The translations under genes and the position numbers were made by a program. A stretch of DNA of 64,000 nucleotides from the IMG/VR virus record IMGVR_UViG_3300047319_001747. One strand, written 5' to 3'. The DNA is from an uncultured virus (IMG/VR IMGVR_UViG_3300047319_001747) (Duplodnaviria; Heunggongvirae; Uroviricota; Caudoviricetes). Below, piece by piece: positions 16,908 through 24,567 of this stretch. The stretch's first letter is position 1. Every line of letters starts with the position of its first letter. The notes beneath the pieces were generated by a model. The model was not told where the DNA came from. It saw nothing but the letters and a program-made list of their open reading frames with translations, and made no database searches.

Positions 16908-17305
16908 CGCGTCGGGTCCTTCAGCGCGTCGAGCGACTGCGCGCGGAACGCGGCGTCGGGGACGGGGGTGAACAGCAGGTCCTCGGCCGCCTCGCGGTCC
17001 TCCCCGGCGACGAGGACCTCGTAGCGGTCCTCCCACGGCGAGGCGTCGCCCTTCTCGCAGGCGATCCCGCGCGACGCGAGCGCCGCCCTGACTTCGCGGA
17101 ACGACCGCCCGCCCGCGACGGCCTTCCACAGGCTGATCGAGCTGAGGAACCCTGGCGGCTCCGCGGGGTGGCCCGCGCCGTCGCCGCCGCGGAGGAGCCG
17201 CCACGACCAATTGCCGTTCCGCCCGCGGCGGCCCATGGCCGCGTCGATCGCGCGCCAGGACAGCCCGCGCGCCCGCAATTCGCTGGCCCGTTCCGCGTCG
17301 CCCAT
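16904..17305 (-). CDS. HTH-like DNA-binding protein
   Basis: ELRARGLSWRAIDAAMG; AAGGA SD; paralogous to the 19398 and 20144 genes. Confidence 0.65.
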   Translation of the reverse strand: MGDAERASELRARGLSWRAIDAAMGRRGRNGNWSWRLLRGGDGAGHPAEPPGFLSSISLWKAVAGGRSFREVRAALASRGIACEKGDASPWEDRYEVLVAGEDREAAEDLLFTPVPDAAFRAQSLDALKDPTR

Positions 17306-17326
17306 AATGTTTCGTCCTTTCCGGGG

Positions 17327-17367
17327 AAAAAAAGGAGCGGGCCCGGGAAATTCTCCCCGCGGCCCGC
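17327..17367 (-). terminator. Rho-independent terminator
   Basis: GC-rich stem GCGGGCC...GGCCCGC followed by TCC and a T7 run on the minus strand, just after the 17374 stop. Confidence 0.65.
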
Positions 17368-17373
17368 CCGCCG

Positions 17374-17700
17374 CTACGCCGACGCCGAGTCGCCGCCCGC
17401 CAGCTTCGTTTTCCGCGCCGCGAGCGAGGCCGCGCGCTTCGCGAGGCGGGCTTCCTCGGCCTGGAGCTTCTGGGCCGGGGTGAGCTTCGCGTTCGCCGCG
17501 CGCCGCTCGGCCGCCGCCGCCTTGCGCTCCTCGGGCGAGGGCTTCGGCTTCGCCGCCTTCGGCGCGGGCGCGGACAGCCCGCCGACCTCCAGCGCGTCGG
17601 GCTGCTCGCCCACGCTCTTCGGGGCGTAGAGCGTCAGTCCCTCCGCGCTCGTGTAGGTGGCCGTGCCGCGGCTCGCGACGTGGGTCTTCTTGAAAATCAT
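17374..17700 (-). CDS. Lys/Ala-rich basic protein, possibly DNA-binding
   Basis: 108 aa, AAK/PK-rich C-terminal half; GGAG SD; own terminator. Confidence 0.7.
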   Translation of the reverse strand: MIFKKTHVASRGTATYTSAEGLTLYAPKSVGEQPDALEVGGLSAPAPKAAKPKPSPEERKAAAAERRAANAKLTPAQKLQAEEARLAKRAASLAARKTKLAGGDSASA

Positions 17701-17762
17701 TGGCGCTTCTCCGTTTTTGGGGGGATGAATTTCCCCGGCGAAAAGAATGATACGCCGCTAGC

Positions 17763-17963
17763 CTAGGCCGCGGGCGAAATTTTTTGGGGATTCTTTTTCG
17801 GCCACCGCCGTCCCGGCGCCCGGCGCGGCGCGTTCGCGGCCCGGAGAATCCGGAGCACGGTCGGGGCGGACACCCCGAGCATTTTCCCGGTCCGGGCCAG
17901 GCACAGCCCAGAGCCGTACAGCGCGAGGGCGAGGGCGTCCCGGTCTATCGTCTTCTTTCGCAT
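17763..17963 (-). CDS. Small HTH regulator at the divergence point
   Basis: LY.SG..L....KMLGVSAPTVLRILR HTH pattern; no obvious SD (possibly leaderless). Confidence 0.6.
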   Translation of the reverse strand: MRKKTIDRDALALALYGSGLCLARTGKMLGVSAPTVLRILRAANAPRRAPGRRWPKKNPQKISPAA

Positions 17964-18089
17964 CGTATAGAATGATGCCGCGCTAACGGGTCCCGGACGC
18001 GGGAAAGCGCGGGACGCCTCCGTACGATTCTTACGGAAGACCCGTCGTTCCGGGCATCTTCCAAACCCTTGCGAACAAAGGACTTGAGG

Positions 18090-18155
18090 AAAACGAAAAA
18101 TAATCAGCCAAAAACGAAAAATAATCGTTCCGGACGGCCCCGGACGCGCTATGAT
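18090..18155 (+). promoter_or_regulatory. Rightward early promoter region with tandem 16-bp direct repeats
   Basis: AAAACGAAAAATAATC at 18090-18105 and 18111-18126; TATGAT -10 at 18150-18155. Confidence 0.55.
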
Positions 18156-18202
18156 TGCTTTCGTTGAGCGGCGCGGACACCAAGCGAAAGGGAAAAACGA
18201 CA

Positions 18203-18916
18203 ATGACCAAGACGACCGAAACAAGATTGACAATGGCAAAGATGACAAAAGCAGAAGTGATCGACCGCGCGAAGAGCCTTGCAAGCAAGAACACCGACGT
18301 CGTGGCGATGAGCGTCGCAGAGCTAGAGCGTCTGGGCTACGACGAAAAGCGTACCCTTGCCAACAGCTACGCGACGAACGCAGAGCAGACGTACTTCGTT
18401 GGGGCGGACACGAAGTTCACCGACTGTTTCGCACCTGCGTATGCCGAAGCGGTGCTGAACGCGTGGCATGCGACGCTGAAGACGCGGGAGCGCGCACGAC
18501 ACGCGTGGAACGTCGCCAGCAAGAGCATGACCGCGGCGCAGGCAACAGAGAAGATTAAGGCGCTCGTTGCGAGCTGCAACGTGCGCGGGGTAAAAGCGCC
18601 TTACGGAGACGGGCTTACGGTGGAAGTCGAGCGGGGTTGGGCCGTAAGCGCGACGCTGTATGTGCGTATGGAACGAGATTACGACCGCGTGGTCACGAAC
18701 CCCGACAACAGCGACCAGAAGGCCTTTCACTACACGCTGAAGACAGAAGTCAGCTGGAGCGGCACAAGCCGCAGCATTGCGGAAGCAACGGCGAGCGTGA
18801 AACTCTACCAGGAACTCATTGAGCTGGCCGCAGAGATTGAAGCCACCATTGGCCGCGAGCGCATCGTGAGCCTGCGGGGCGTGGAAGAGACAGTAGCAGA
18901 GACAGTATCGGCATAA
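18203..18916 (+). CDS. Hypothetical early protein
   Basis: AAGGG SD; 237 aa; A-rich codon usage. Confidence 0.75.
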   Translation: MTKTTETRLTMAKMTKAEVIDRAKSLASKNTDVVAMSVAELERLGYDEKRTLANSYATNAEQTYFVGADTKFTDCFAPAYAEAVLNAWHATLKTRERARHAWNVASKSMTAAQATEKIKALVASCNVRGVKAPYGDGLTVEVERGWAVSATLYVRMERDYDRVVTNPDNSDQKAFHYTLKTEVSWSGTSRSIAEATASVKLYQELIELAAEIEATIGRERIVSLRGVEETVAETVSA

Positions 18917-18927
18917 GGAGGTCGGTG

Positions 18928-19149
18928 ATGGCATCATCAGGCACGCGCTACAGGCTCCCGCGGAAGGTAAAGAAGGCGCAGGCTGCCTACTTCGCGGGCA
19001 CGGTGACGGCGAAGCAGCTCCGCCTCCTCAGGCGCTGCCTCGTGATCGGCGGCTGGAAGACGGTCAGGAGGCAGAACGCGCACGTCGCGATGGGCGATAC
19101 GTCGACGGCGCGGCAGCGCGAGCGACGCGACAGGGTGTTTCATAGCTAA
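18928..19149 (+). CDS. Basic hypothetical protein
   Basis: TAAGGAGG SD. Confidence 0.6.
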   Translation: MASSGTRYRLPRKVKKAQAAYFAGTVTAKQLRLLRRCLVIGGWKTVRRQNAHVAMGDTSTARQRERRDRVFHS

Positions 19150-19160
19150 GGAGGTCAGCG

Positions 19161-19382
19161 ATGTATACGGACATGAACTTCAAGACGAAGAAGGCCCTCA
19201 AGGACGCCGTGGCGGCGGGCACGCGCGTCGGCGTCTACCAGCCGAACGACATGTTCGGCGCCGGCGACAGGGTCCAGCAGGGCACGCACCAGGTGGCGCT
19301 CGAGGGCCCGCACTACCCTCGGCCGCACAAATGGTACGCCGAGGCAACGGTCGTCGACGGGCGCGTGACGAAGGTGCGGTAA
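19161..19382 (+). CDS. Conserved phage hypothetical protein (NFKTKKALK...EGPHYP.PH.WYA family)
   Basis: TAAGGAGG SD; recognisable family motif. Confidence 0.8.
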   Translation: MYTDMNFKTKKALKDAVAAGTRVGVYQPNDMFGAGDRVQQGTHQVALEGPHYPRPHKWYAEATVVDGRVTKVR

Positions 19383-19397
19383 AAAAGGAGAAACGAA

Positions 19398-20093
19398 ATG
19401 ACCGTAAAGGAAGCCGGAGAAGTCGCGACGACCCCGGAAGAGACCGAAATCCCGACCGAGGCGCTGCCGCACGCGGACCTCGACAGGCTCGCGCCCGAGG
19501 CGAGGCACCTCGCCCTCGGCGCGTCCCCCGTTACGTTCTGCGGCCTGCCCAAGGCCGGGCTCGCCGCCGCCCACCCGTCGAAGGCGCGGCGGACCGACTG
19601 CCCCGAGTGCCGCGACGCCTACCGCAGGATCGGGCGCGAGGCCTCGGTCGGCGGCGGGTGCGTCCACAAGGCGGGCGAGCGCGTGGAGTTCCCCGACGGG
19701 TCCGCGTGGCTGGTCGAGGACGTCCGCGCCGGCGCGATGGACGTGCGGTGCCTCGTCGGGACCCCGGCGAACCCGAAGGGCAAGCGGACGACCGTCTCGC
19801 CCGACTCGCCGCTGCGGACGTTCGCCGACGCCGAGTTCGAGGCGCTCGTCGCCGCCGCGCTCGAAGCGAGGAAGCCCGTTCCCGAGGCCGCCGCGCCGGC
19901 CGCGCCGACGGCCGGCAAGCCGCGCGGCGCGACGTGGAAGCCGACCAAGGCGGACGTCGACGAGGTCCGCAGGCTGCGCGCGCTCGGTCGGAGCTACATG
20001 GCGATCGAGGCCGAAATGGGGTGGCCCGACGGGCACGGCAACCGGCCGTTCCGGATCGTGAAGGGCGCGTGGAAATACGAGGACCTCGCCTAG
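19398..20093 (+). CDS. Multidomain protein: H/C Zn motif plus C-terminal HTH-like domain
   Basis: AAGGAG SD; H...CG...CPEC; C-terminal RLRALGRSYMAIEAEMG. Confidence 0.7.
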   Translation: MTVKEAGEVATTPEETEIPTEALPHADLDRLAPEARHLALGASPVTFCGLPKAGLAAAHPSKARRTDCPECRDAYRRIGREASVGGGCVHKAGERVEFPDGSAWLVEDVRAGAMDVRCLVGTPANPKGKRTTVSPDSPLRTFADAEFEALVAAALEARKPVPEAAAPAAPTAGKPRGATWKPTKADVDEVRRLRALGRSYMAIEAEMGWPDGHGNRPFRIVKGAWKYEDLA

Positions 20094-20106
20094 GGGGCGG
20101 GCCGCG

Positions 20107-20132
20107 AACTCGGAAACTCGGAAACCCGGAAA
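20107..20132 (+). repeat. Three tandem 8-bp units (AACTCGGA AACTCGGA AACCCGGA)
   Basis: Read directly; just upstream of the SD of the 20144 gene. Confidence 0.7.
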
Positions 20133-20143
20133 GGACGTGGGGC

Positions 20144-20290
20144 ATGAGCACCAAGAAACTGGCAAGGCGAGTGGGGCAACTGCGGAAGGCGGGACTGAGC
20201 TACCGGGCGATCGAGGCGAGGTTCCCGGCCTCCCTCGGCGCGGGCAACGGCACCAAGGCGATGCGGCTGGCGAAGGGGGGCGCGCGATGA
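20144..20290 (+). CDS. Small HTH-like protein
   Basis: QLRKAGLSYRAIEA...GNG...RL; paralogue of the domains in the 16904 and 19398 genes. Confidence 0.6.
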   Translation: MSTKKLARRVGQLRKAGLSYRAIEARFPASLGAGNGTKAMRLAKGGAR

Positions 20291-20376
20291 CCGACCGCGA
20301 CTGGTGGCTCGCCGCGTTGAACATCTTGCTCATCGCCGCCTTCGCCGGGCTGCTGGCGTGGAGGGTGTCGTGGTAG
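20287..20376 (+). CDS. 29-aa single-TM peptide
   Basis: MTDRDWWLAALNILLIAAFAGLLAWRVSW; ATGA coupling. Confidence 0.5.
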   Translation: MTDRDWWLAALNILLIAAFAGLLAWRVSW

Positions 20377-20573
20377 CGAAGCACTGCGCGATCTGCAAGG
20401 TGGACGTCGTCCCGCACGCCGGCGGGTGTCCGCACTGCGGCGCAAGGAACCTGAAGGAGGCGTTCGTGAAGTGCAGCAAGTGTGAGTACGTCTGGCGCCC
20501 GCGCGTCGACAACCCGAAGGCGTGCCCGCGGTGCAAGGCCCGGACGGACGCCGTGAAGAAAGGAGCAGCGTGA
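20370..20573 (+). CDS. Double Zn-ribbon protein
   Basis: CAIC, CPHC, CSKC..W.PR...P..CPRC; GGAGG SD. Confidence 0.65.
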   Translation: MVAKHCAICKVDVVPHAGGCPHCGARNLKEAFVKCSKCEYVWRPRVDNPKACPRCKARTDAVKKGAA

Positions 20574-20767
20574 TGACGCAGCGGACCGTCAGGGCACTCG
20601 TTGGCGGACACCGGATCACGGTCTTCATTACCGTGGAGCAGGGCGAGATGACGGACGTCCAAGAGGCCATCGGAGATGCCCTCCAACTCAAGGTCACCAA
20701 CCTGCTGTACGACCGCCTGCGCATCGGGCAGCGCGACGTCACCTTTGCAAAGGAGGGAGAAATATGA
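20573..20767 (+). CDS. Hypothetical protein
   Basis: AAGGAG SD; TGATG coupling. Confidence 0.6.
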   Translation: MTQRTVRALVGGHRITVFITVEQGEMTDVQEAIGDALQLKVTNLLYDRLRIGQRDVTFAKEGEI

Positions 20768-20970
20768 ACGACTAGGAGGAAGCAGCATTTCCACACATCG
20801 TCTACTATGATGAGCGGCCTGTTGGCAGCGACCCGGGGATGACGCTGCGCGACTACTTCGCCGCGCACGCACTGGCCCTGGTTGCGCGGTCGACGTTCAA
20901 CGCGCAGACCGCCGCGAAGTGGGCGTACGAGATCGCCGATGCCATGCTCGTCGCGAGGAGGCTCAAATGA
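20764..20970 (+). pseudogene. AFP...GMTLRDYFAA...AYEIADAML family gene interrupted by TAG at codon 4
   Basis: Reads MND*EEAAFP...GMTLRDYFAAHA...AYEIADAMLVARRLK; strong SD; ATGA coupling at both ends; TAG at 20773-20775. Confidence 0.7.
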
Positions 20971-21224
20971 CCGGCCCCTGCATGTGCGGCGACACGCACT
21001 GCCCGAGCTGCGGCCCGGCGCAGGGCAACTGGCAGTGCCCGATCTGCGGCGCGTGGGCGGACGACGGCCGCGCGCGCGTCGAGGAACGGGGCGACGTCAA
21101 GCCGGAGCACCTCGCCGAGGCGACGGAGAAGGCGGAGGCGGAGGCGGAGGCGGAACGGCCGGCAGACGACGCCTACGCCCTGGAACTCGAACGGATGGAC
21201 AAACTGTGGAAAGAACGGGAATGA
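20967..21224 (+). CDS. Cys-rich hypothetical protein
   Basis: CMCGD..CPSC...CPIC; AGGAGG SD. Confidence 0.65.
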   Translation: MTGPCMCGDTHCPSCGPAQGNWQCPICGAWADDGRARVEERGDVKPEHLAEATEKAEAEAEAERPADDAYALELERMDKLWKERE

Positions 21225-21358
21225 AACGATTTTCGCGGCGAAAACCGCGGTTCGCCCGGACGCCGGCGAATTTCGTCCGGACAGGCCGCCCCGAAAAGGG
21301 GAACGGGGCGAGAAAAATAAACTCGTTTCCCGTCCCGCCGAGCGGGGCACAATGTTTC

Positions 21359-21501
21359 GTTTCTCGGGTTGGGCGCGGCCGCGCCCCGATCCGAAAAGTC
21401 TCGCTCGCCCCACCCGGCAGGCGGTGAGCCCGAGAAACCCAGCGACGAACGAGAGGGGTGCGCTCTTGAGCGATTCCGGACATTCCCGGCGGCGGCGTTG
21501 A
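21359..21501 (+). promoter_or_regulatory. Structured 5' leader plus 11-codon leader peptide coupled to the primase gene
   Basis: CACAAT -10 at 21348-21353; 10-bp closing stem 21359-21368/21429-21438; the uORF 21466-21501 stop overlaps TTG at 21498. Confidence 0.45.
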
Positions 21502-23768
21502 TTCCCCCCAAGCCCGTCCCGCTCTCGCTCGTCCTCGACGGCGTCCCGCCGTCCATGCGCGGCGAGCGGCGCTGGGTCACGTGGCGCTACGTCTGGCGAG
21601 AGGGCGAGGGCGGCAAGCCGGGCAAGTGGGACAAGCCGCCGTTCGTCGCCGGCGAGGAGCGCGGCGCGGACTCCACCGACCCGTCCACGTGGCGCACGTT
21701 CGAGGAGGCGGTCGCCGCCTACTCGCGCGGCTTCGCCGACGGCGTGGGTTTCGTGCTCGGCGACGGGTGGGTCGGGTTCGACTCCGACGAGGGCGCGGGC
21801 CACGCCGCGGCGCTGGACACGTACACGGAGACGTCCCCGAGCGGGCGCGGGGTGCACGCGATCGCCAGGGGCCGCAAGCCGGGCGGCCGCTGCCGCGTCG
21901 GGCCGTACGAGCTGTACGACCGCGGCCGCTACCTCACGGTCACCGGGCGCCGGACGGAGGGCTCGCGCGAGGAAGTCGAGGAGCGCACGGCGCAGGTCGC
22001 GGCGCTGTACGCCACCCTGTTCCCGGACGACGAGAGGACCCCGCTCCCCGCCGTCCCGCCGCCGCGGGCGGCGGCCCCGGACGACGGCCAAGTCCTCGCG
22101 CTCGCGCGCGCGGCCAAGAACGGCAGGAAGTTCGCCGCCCTCTGGGCCGGCGACGCGTCCGGGCACGGCTCCCATTCGGAGGCCGACGGCGCGCTCGCCA
22201 TGATCCTGGCGTACTGGTGCAACCGCGACCCGTTCCAGGTCGACCGCCTGTTTCGCCAGTCCGGGCTGATGCGGGAAAAGTGGGACGAGCGTCGCGGCGA
22301 ACTGACGTACGGCCAAATCACGGTCAAGTCGGCGTGCGAGAACGTCGCCGAGACGCACGTGCCGGCGTTCGAGCTCAACGACGTCGGCAACGCCGAGTTC
22401 TTCGCCGCGTACTACGCGCGGCAGGTGTCGTACGACGCGCGGCGGGCGCGGTGGCTCATCGTCGAGAACGACTCCGGCCTGTGGCTCCCGGACCCGCTCG
22501 ACAGGCTCAGGGGCTACATGGCCGTCGCGATGCGCGCCCGCCGCCTCGAGGCCGACGCCGTCGAGGACGCGGGCGCCCGCGAGGCGGCCTGGAAGTGGGC
22601 GCAGGGGAGCCTGTCGACGGCGCGGCTCAACAACCTCACGAGGGAAGCCAGGACGCAGCCGGCGATCGCCAACGACTGCGAAAAGGAACCGTGGGACGCC
22701 GATCCCGCCATCCTGGGCGTGCCCGGCGGCGTCGTCGACCTGCGAACCGGGACGCGCAGGAAGGCCGAGCCGCGCGAGCGCGTCACGATGCGGGCCGGCG
22801 CCGAGTGGGATCCGGACGCGCGGTCGCCGCTCTGGGAACGCGCGCTGCTGGACATCGCCGACGGCGACCGGGATTGGGTCGCGTACGTGCAGCGCCTCGG
22901 CGGCTACACGGCGACCGGCGACGTGAGCCAGGACAAGTGGTTCATCAAGCACGGCGCCCGCGGACGAGAGGGAAAGGGCACCATCGACGGCGCGTGGACC
23001 GGCGCGCTCGGCGACTACGCCCTCGAGCTGCCGTCGGCGGTATTCGAGCTCAGGCCGCGGGGGAACCCCGACTTCGACCTGTCCTACCTCCCGCGCAAGC
23101 GGTTCGTCCTGTCCAGCGAAACCGGCAACACCATCCACCTCCACCACGACCGCATCAAGCACATGACGGGCGGCGGGCGCATGCGCGTCGCCAACAAGAA
23201 CGAGAAGTCGTACGAGTTCGAGCCGAGCTGCAAGCTCTGGCTGGCGTGCAACGATCTGCCCACGGTGACGGACGACAGCGCCGCGTTCTGGGCGCGCGTC
23301 CTGGTCGTGCCGTTCAGGCGGTCGTTCCTCGGCAAGGAGGACGCCGCGCTCCGGCCGACGCTGCAGAACGACCCCGCGCACCGCCGCGCGGTGCTCGCCT
23401 GGCTCGTCAAGGGCGCGATCGACTACTTCAGGGAAGGGCTCGGGGATCCGCCGAAGGCGGTGCGCGAGGCCACGGAATCGTTCCGCGACGTCGCGTGGCC
23501 GCTCACGCCGTTCGTGCGCGAGGACTGCGTCGCGGGCCCGGGTGCCCACGCGTCGGTCGGCGACTTCAACCTCGCCTACCAGCGCCACTGCGAGCGGCAG
23601 GGCGTCCCCGTCGGCAAGCGCCTCGGCTGGAAGCGCGTGCTCGCGCTCATGGAAGCCCGCCACCCGACGTACGCGACGGACGAAACGGTCGACGGGCGCC
23701 GCATTAGGGAAAAGCACTACGACGGCATCGGGCTCCGGGAACCCGTGCGCCGGCCGGAAGACTTCTAG
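21498..23768 (+). CDS. Primase-polymerase / SF3 helicase (NrS-1/D5-like)
   Basis: RWV.W, DPSTW, GVGFVL..D.D, E.SPSG.G.H (AEP domain); SEAD.AL...DRLFRQSGLMR.KW helical bundle; D5-like N..GNAE.F; G..GKGT; TGG, N.LP, RV.VVPF; start uncertain (ORF open from 21369). Confidence 0.9.
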   Translation: MIPPKPVPLSLVLDGVPPSMRGERRWVTWRYVWREGEGGKPGKWDKPPFVAGEERGADSTDPSTWRTFEEAVAAYSRGFADGVGFVLGDGWVGFDSDEGAGHAAALDTYTETSPSGRGVHAIARGRKPGGRCRVGPYELYDRGRYLTVTGRRTEGSREEVEERTAQVAALYATLFPDDERTPLPAVPPPRAAAPDDGQVLALARAAKNGRKFAALWAGDASGHGSHSEADGALAMILAYWCNRDPFQVDRLFRQSGLMREKWDERRGELTYGQITVKSACENVAETHVPAFELNDVGNAEFFAAYYARQVSYDARRARWLIVENDSGLWLPDPLDRLRGYMAVAMRARRLEADAVEDAGAREAAWKWAQGSLSTARLNNLTREARTQPAIANDCEKEPWDADPAILGVPGGVVDLRTGTRRKAEPRERVTMRAGAEWDPDARSPLWERALLDIADGDRDWVAYVQRLGGYTATGDVSQDKWFIKHGARGREGKGTIDGAWTGALGDYALELPSAVFELRPRGNPDFDLSYLPRKRFVLSSETGNTIHLHHDRIKHMTGGGRMRVANKNEKSYEFEPSCKLWLACNDLPTVTDDSAAFWARVLVVPFRRSFLGKEDAALRPTLQNDPAHRRAVLAWLVKGAIDYFREGLGDPPKAVREATESFRDVAWPLTPFVREDCVAGPGAHASVGDFNLAYQRHCERQGVPVGKRLGWKRVLALMEARHPTYATDETVDGRRIREKHYDGIGLREPVRRPEDF

Positions 23769-23783
23769 GCCGACGACGGCGAC

Positions 23784-23993
23784 GTCGGCCATTTCCGGAC
23801 CCGAAAAATGGGCGACATGGGCGACTCGCCTCGGCAGTAAGTCGTGAAACTTTTCACGAAGTTGCCGGAACGCTGAGCGTTTTCGTCGACGTCAGTCATT
23901 GTCGGTCATGTCGGTCATTTACGACTTTATTCCCTATAGAAATCTTACCTATACGCGGGGTTGAAAATGACTGACATGACTGACATGGCTGAC
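23784..23993. repeat. Candidate replication origin: inverted arrays of 9-bp iterons around an AT-rich core
   Basis: GTC(A/G)GTCAT at 23891, 23901, 23910; ATG(A/G)CTGAC at 23967, 23976, 23985; related GTCGGCCAT at 23784 and ATGGGCGAC at 23808, 23817. Confidence 0.7.
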
Positions 23994-24138
23994 GGGAAAA
24001 AATATTTCCTGAAAGATTATTTTTTCCGTCCAGGAATCTCCCGTTCGTGGCACAATTGTGCACGGGCCGGTTCGAGGCGCTAACATTCGCTAACGCTAAC
24101 ATTTTGTTAGCGGAGAATTCCGCGCGGGCGCTGATTTT

Positions 24139-24528
24139 ATGCCAACTGACGACGCGATCGAAGGATCCGGCGATATAAAAACCGTTCGAAAACACGGCTG
24201 GACGCAGGCGGGCCCGGGCCGCCCGAAGGGCAGGCAGAACAACCGCACGCTGCAGCAGAAGGAGTTCGCCGACCGCGTCCTCGGCGCGCAGGGATCGCCC
24301 GAGTTCGACGAGTTCGTCGCGTCCGTGCGCCAGCAGCTGATCGCGGGAAGCCTTCCGCCGGCCATCACGACGCTCCTCCTGCACTACGCGTACGGCAAGC
24401 CGAAGGAGATCGTCGAGGTCGAGGGCGGGCCGATCGAGATGATCAAGATCGTCCGCGTCGTCGTCGACCCGGCGGCGATGAACGGCGACGAAACGGCGAC
24501 AGAAACCCGGGACGAGATCTTTCACTGA
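24139..24528 (+). CDS. Putative terminase small subunit
   Basis: GRPKG..N motif and YAYGKP; directly upstream of TerL. Confidence 0.75.
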   Translation: MPTDDAIEGSGDIKTVRKHGWTQAGPGRPKGRQNNRTLQQKEFADRVLGAQGSPEFDEFVASVRQQLIAGSLPPAITTLLLHYAYGKPKEIVEVEGGPIEMIKIVRVVVDPAAMNGDETATETRDEIFH

Positions 24529-24567
24529 CGCAGAACGGAAGGGACGCCCGATACGCCCGCCGAGACG

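Noticed and set aside
20773..20775. Genome-wide TAG reassignment
   Set aside because: TAG terminates many genes at natural, tightly packed boundaries; only one in-frame case was found
20853..23792. 979-aa minus-strand ORF
   Set aside because: Antisense shadow of the primase gene, expected from high GC3; no recognisable motifs
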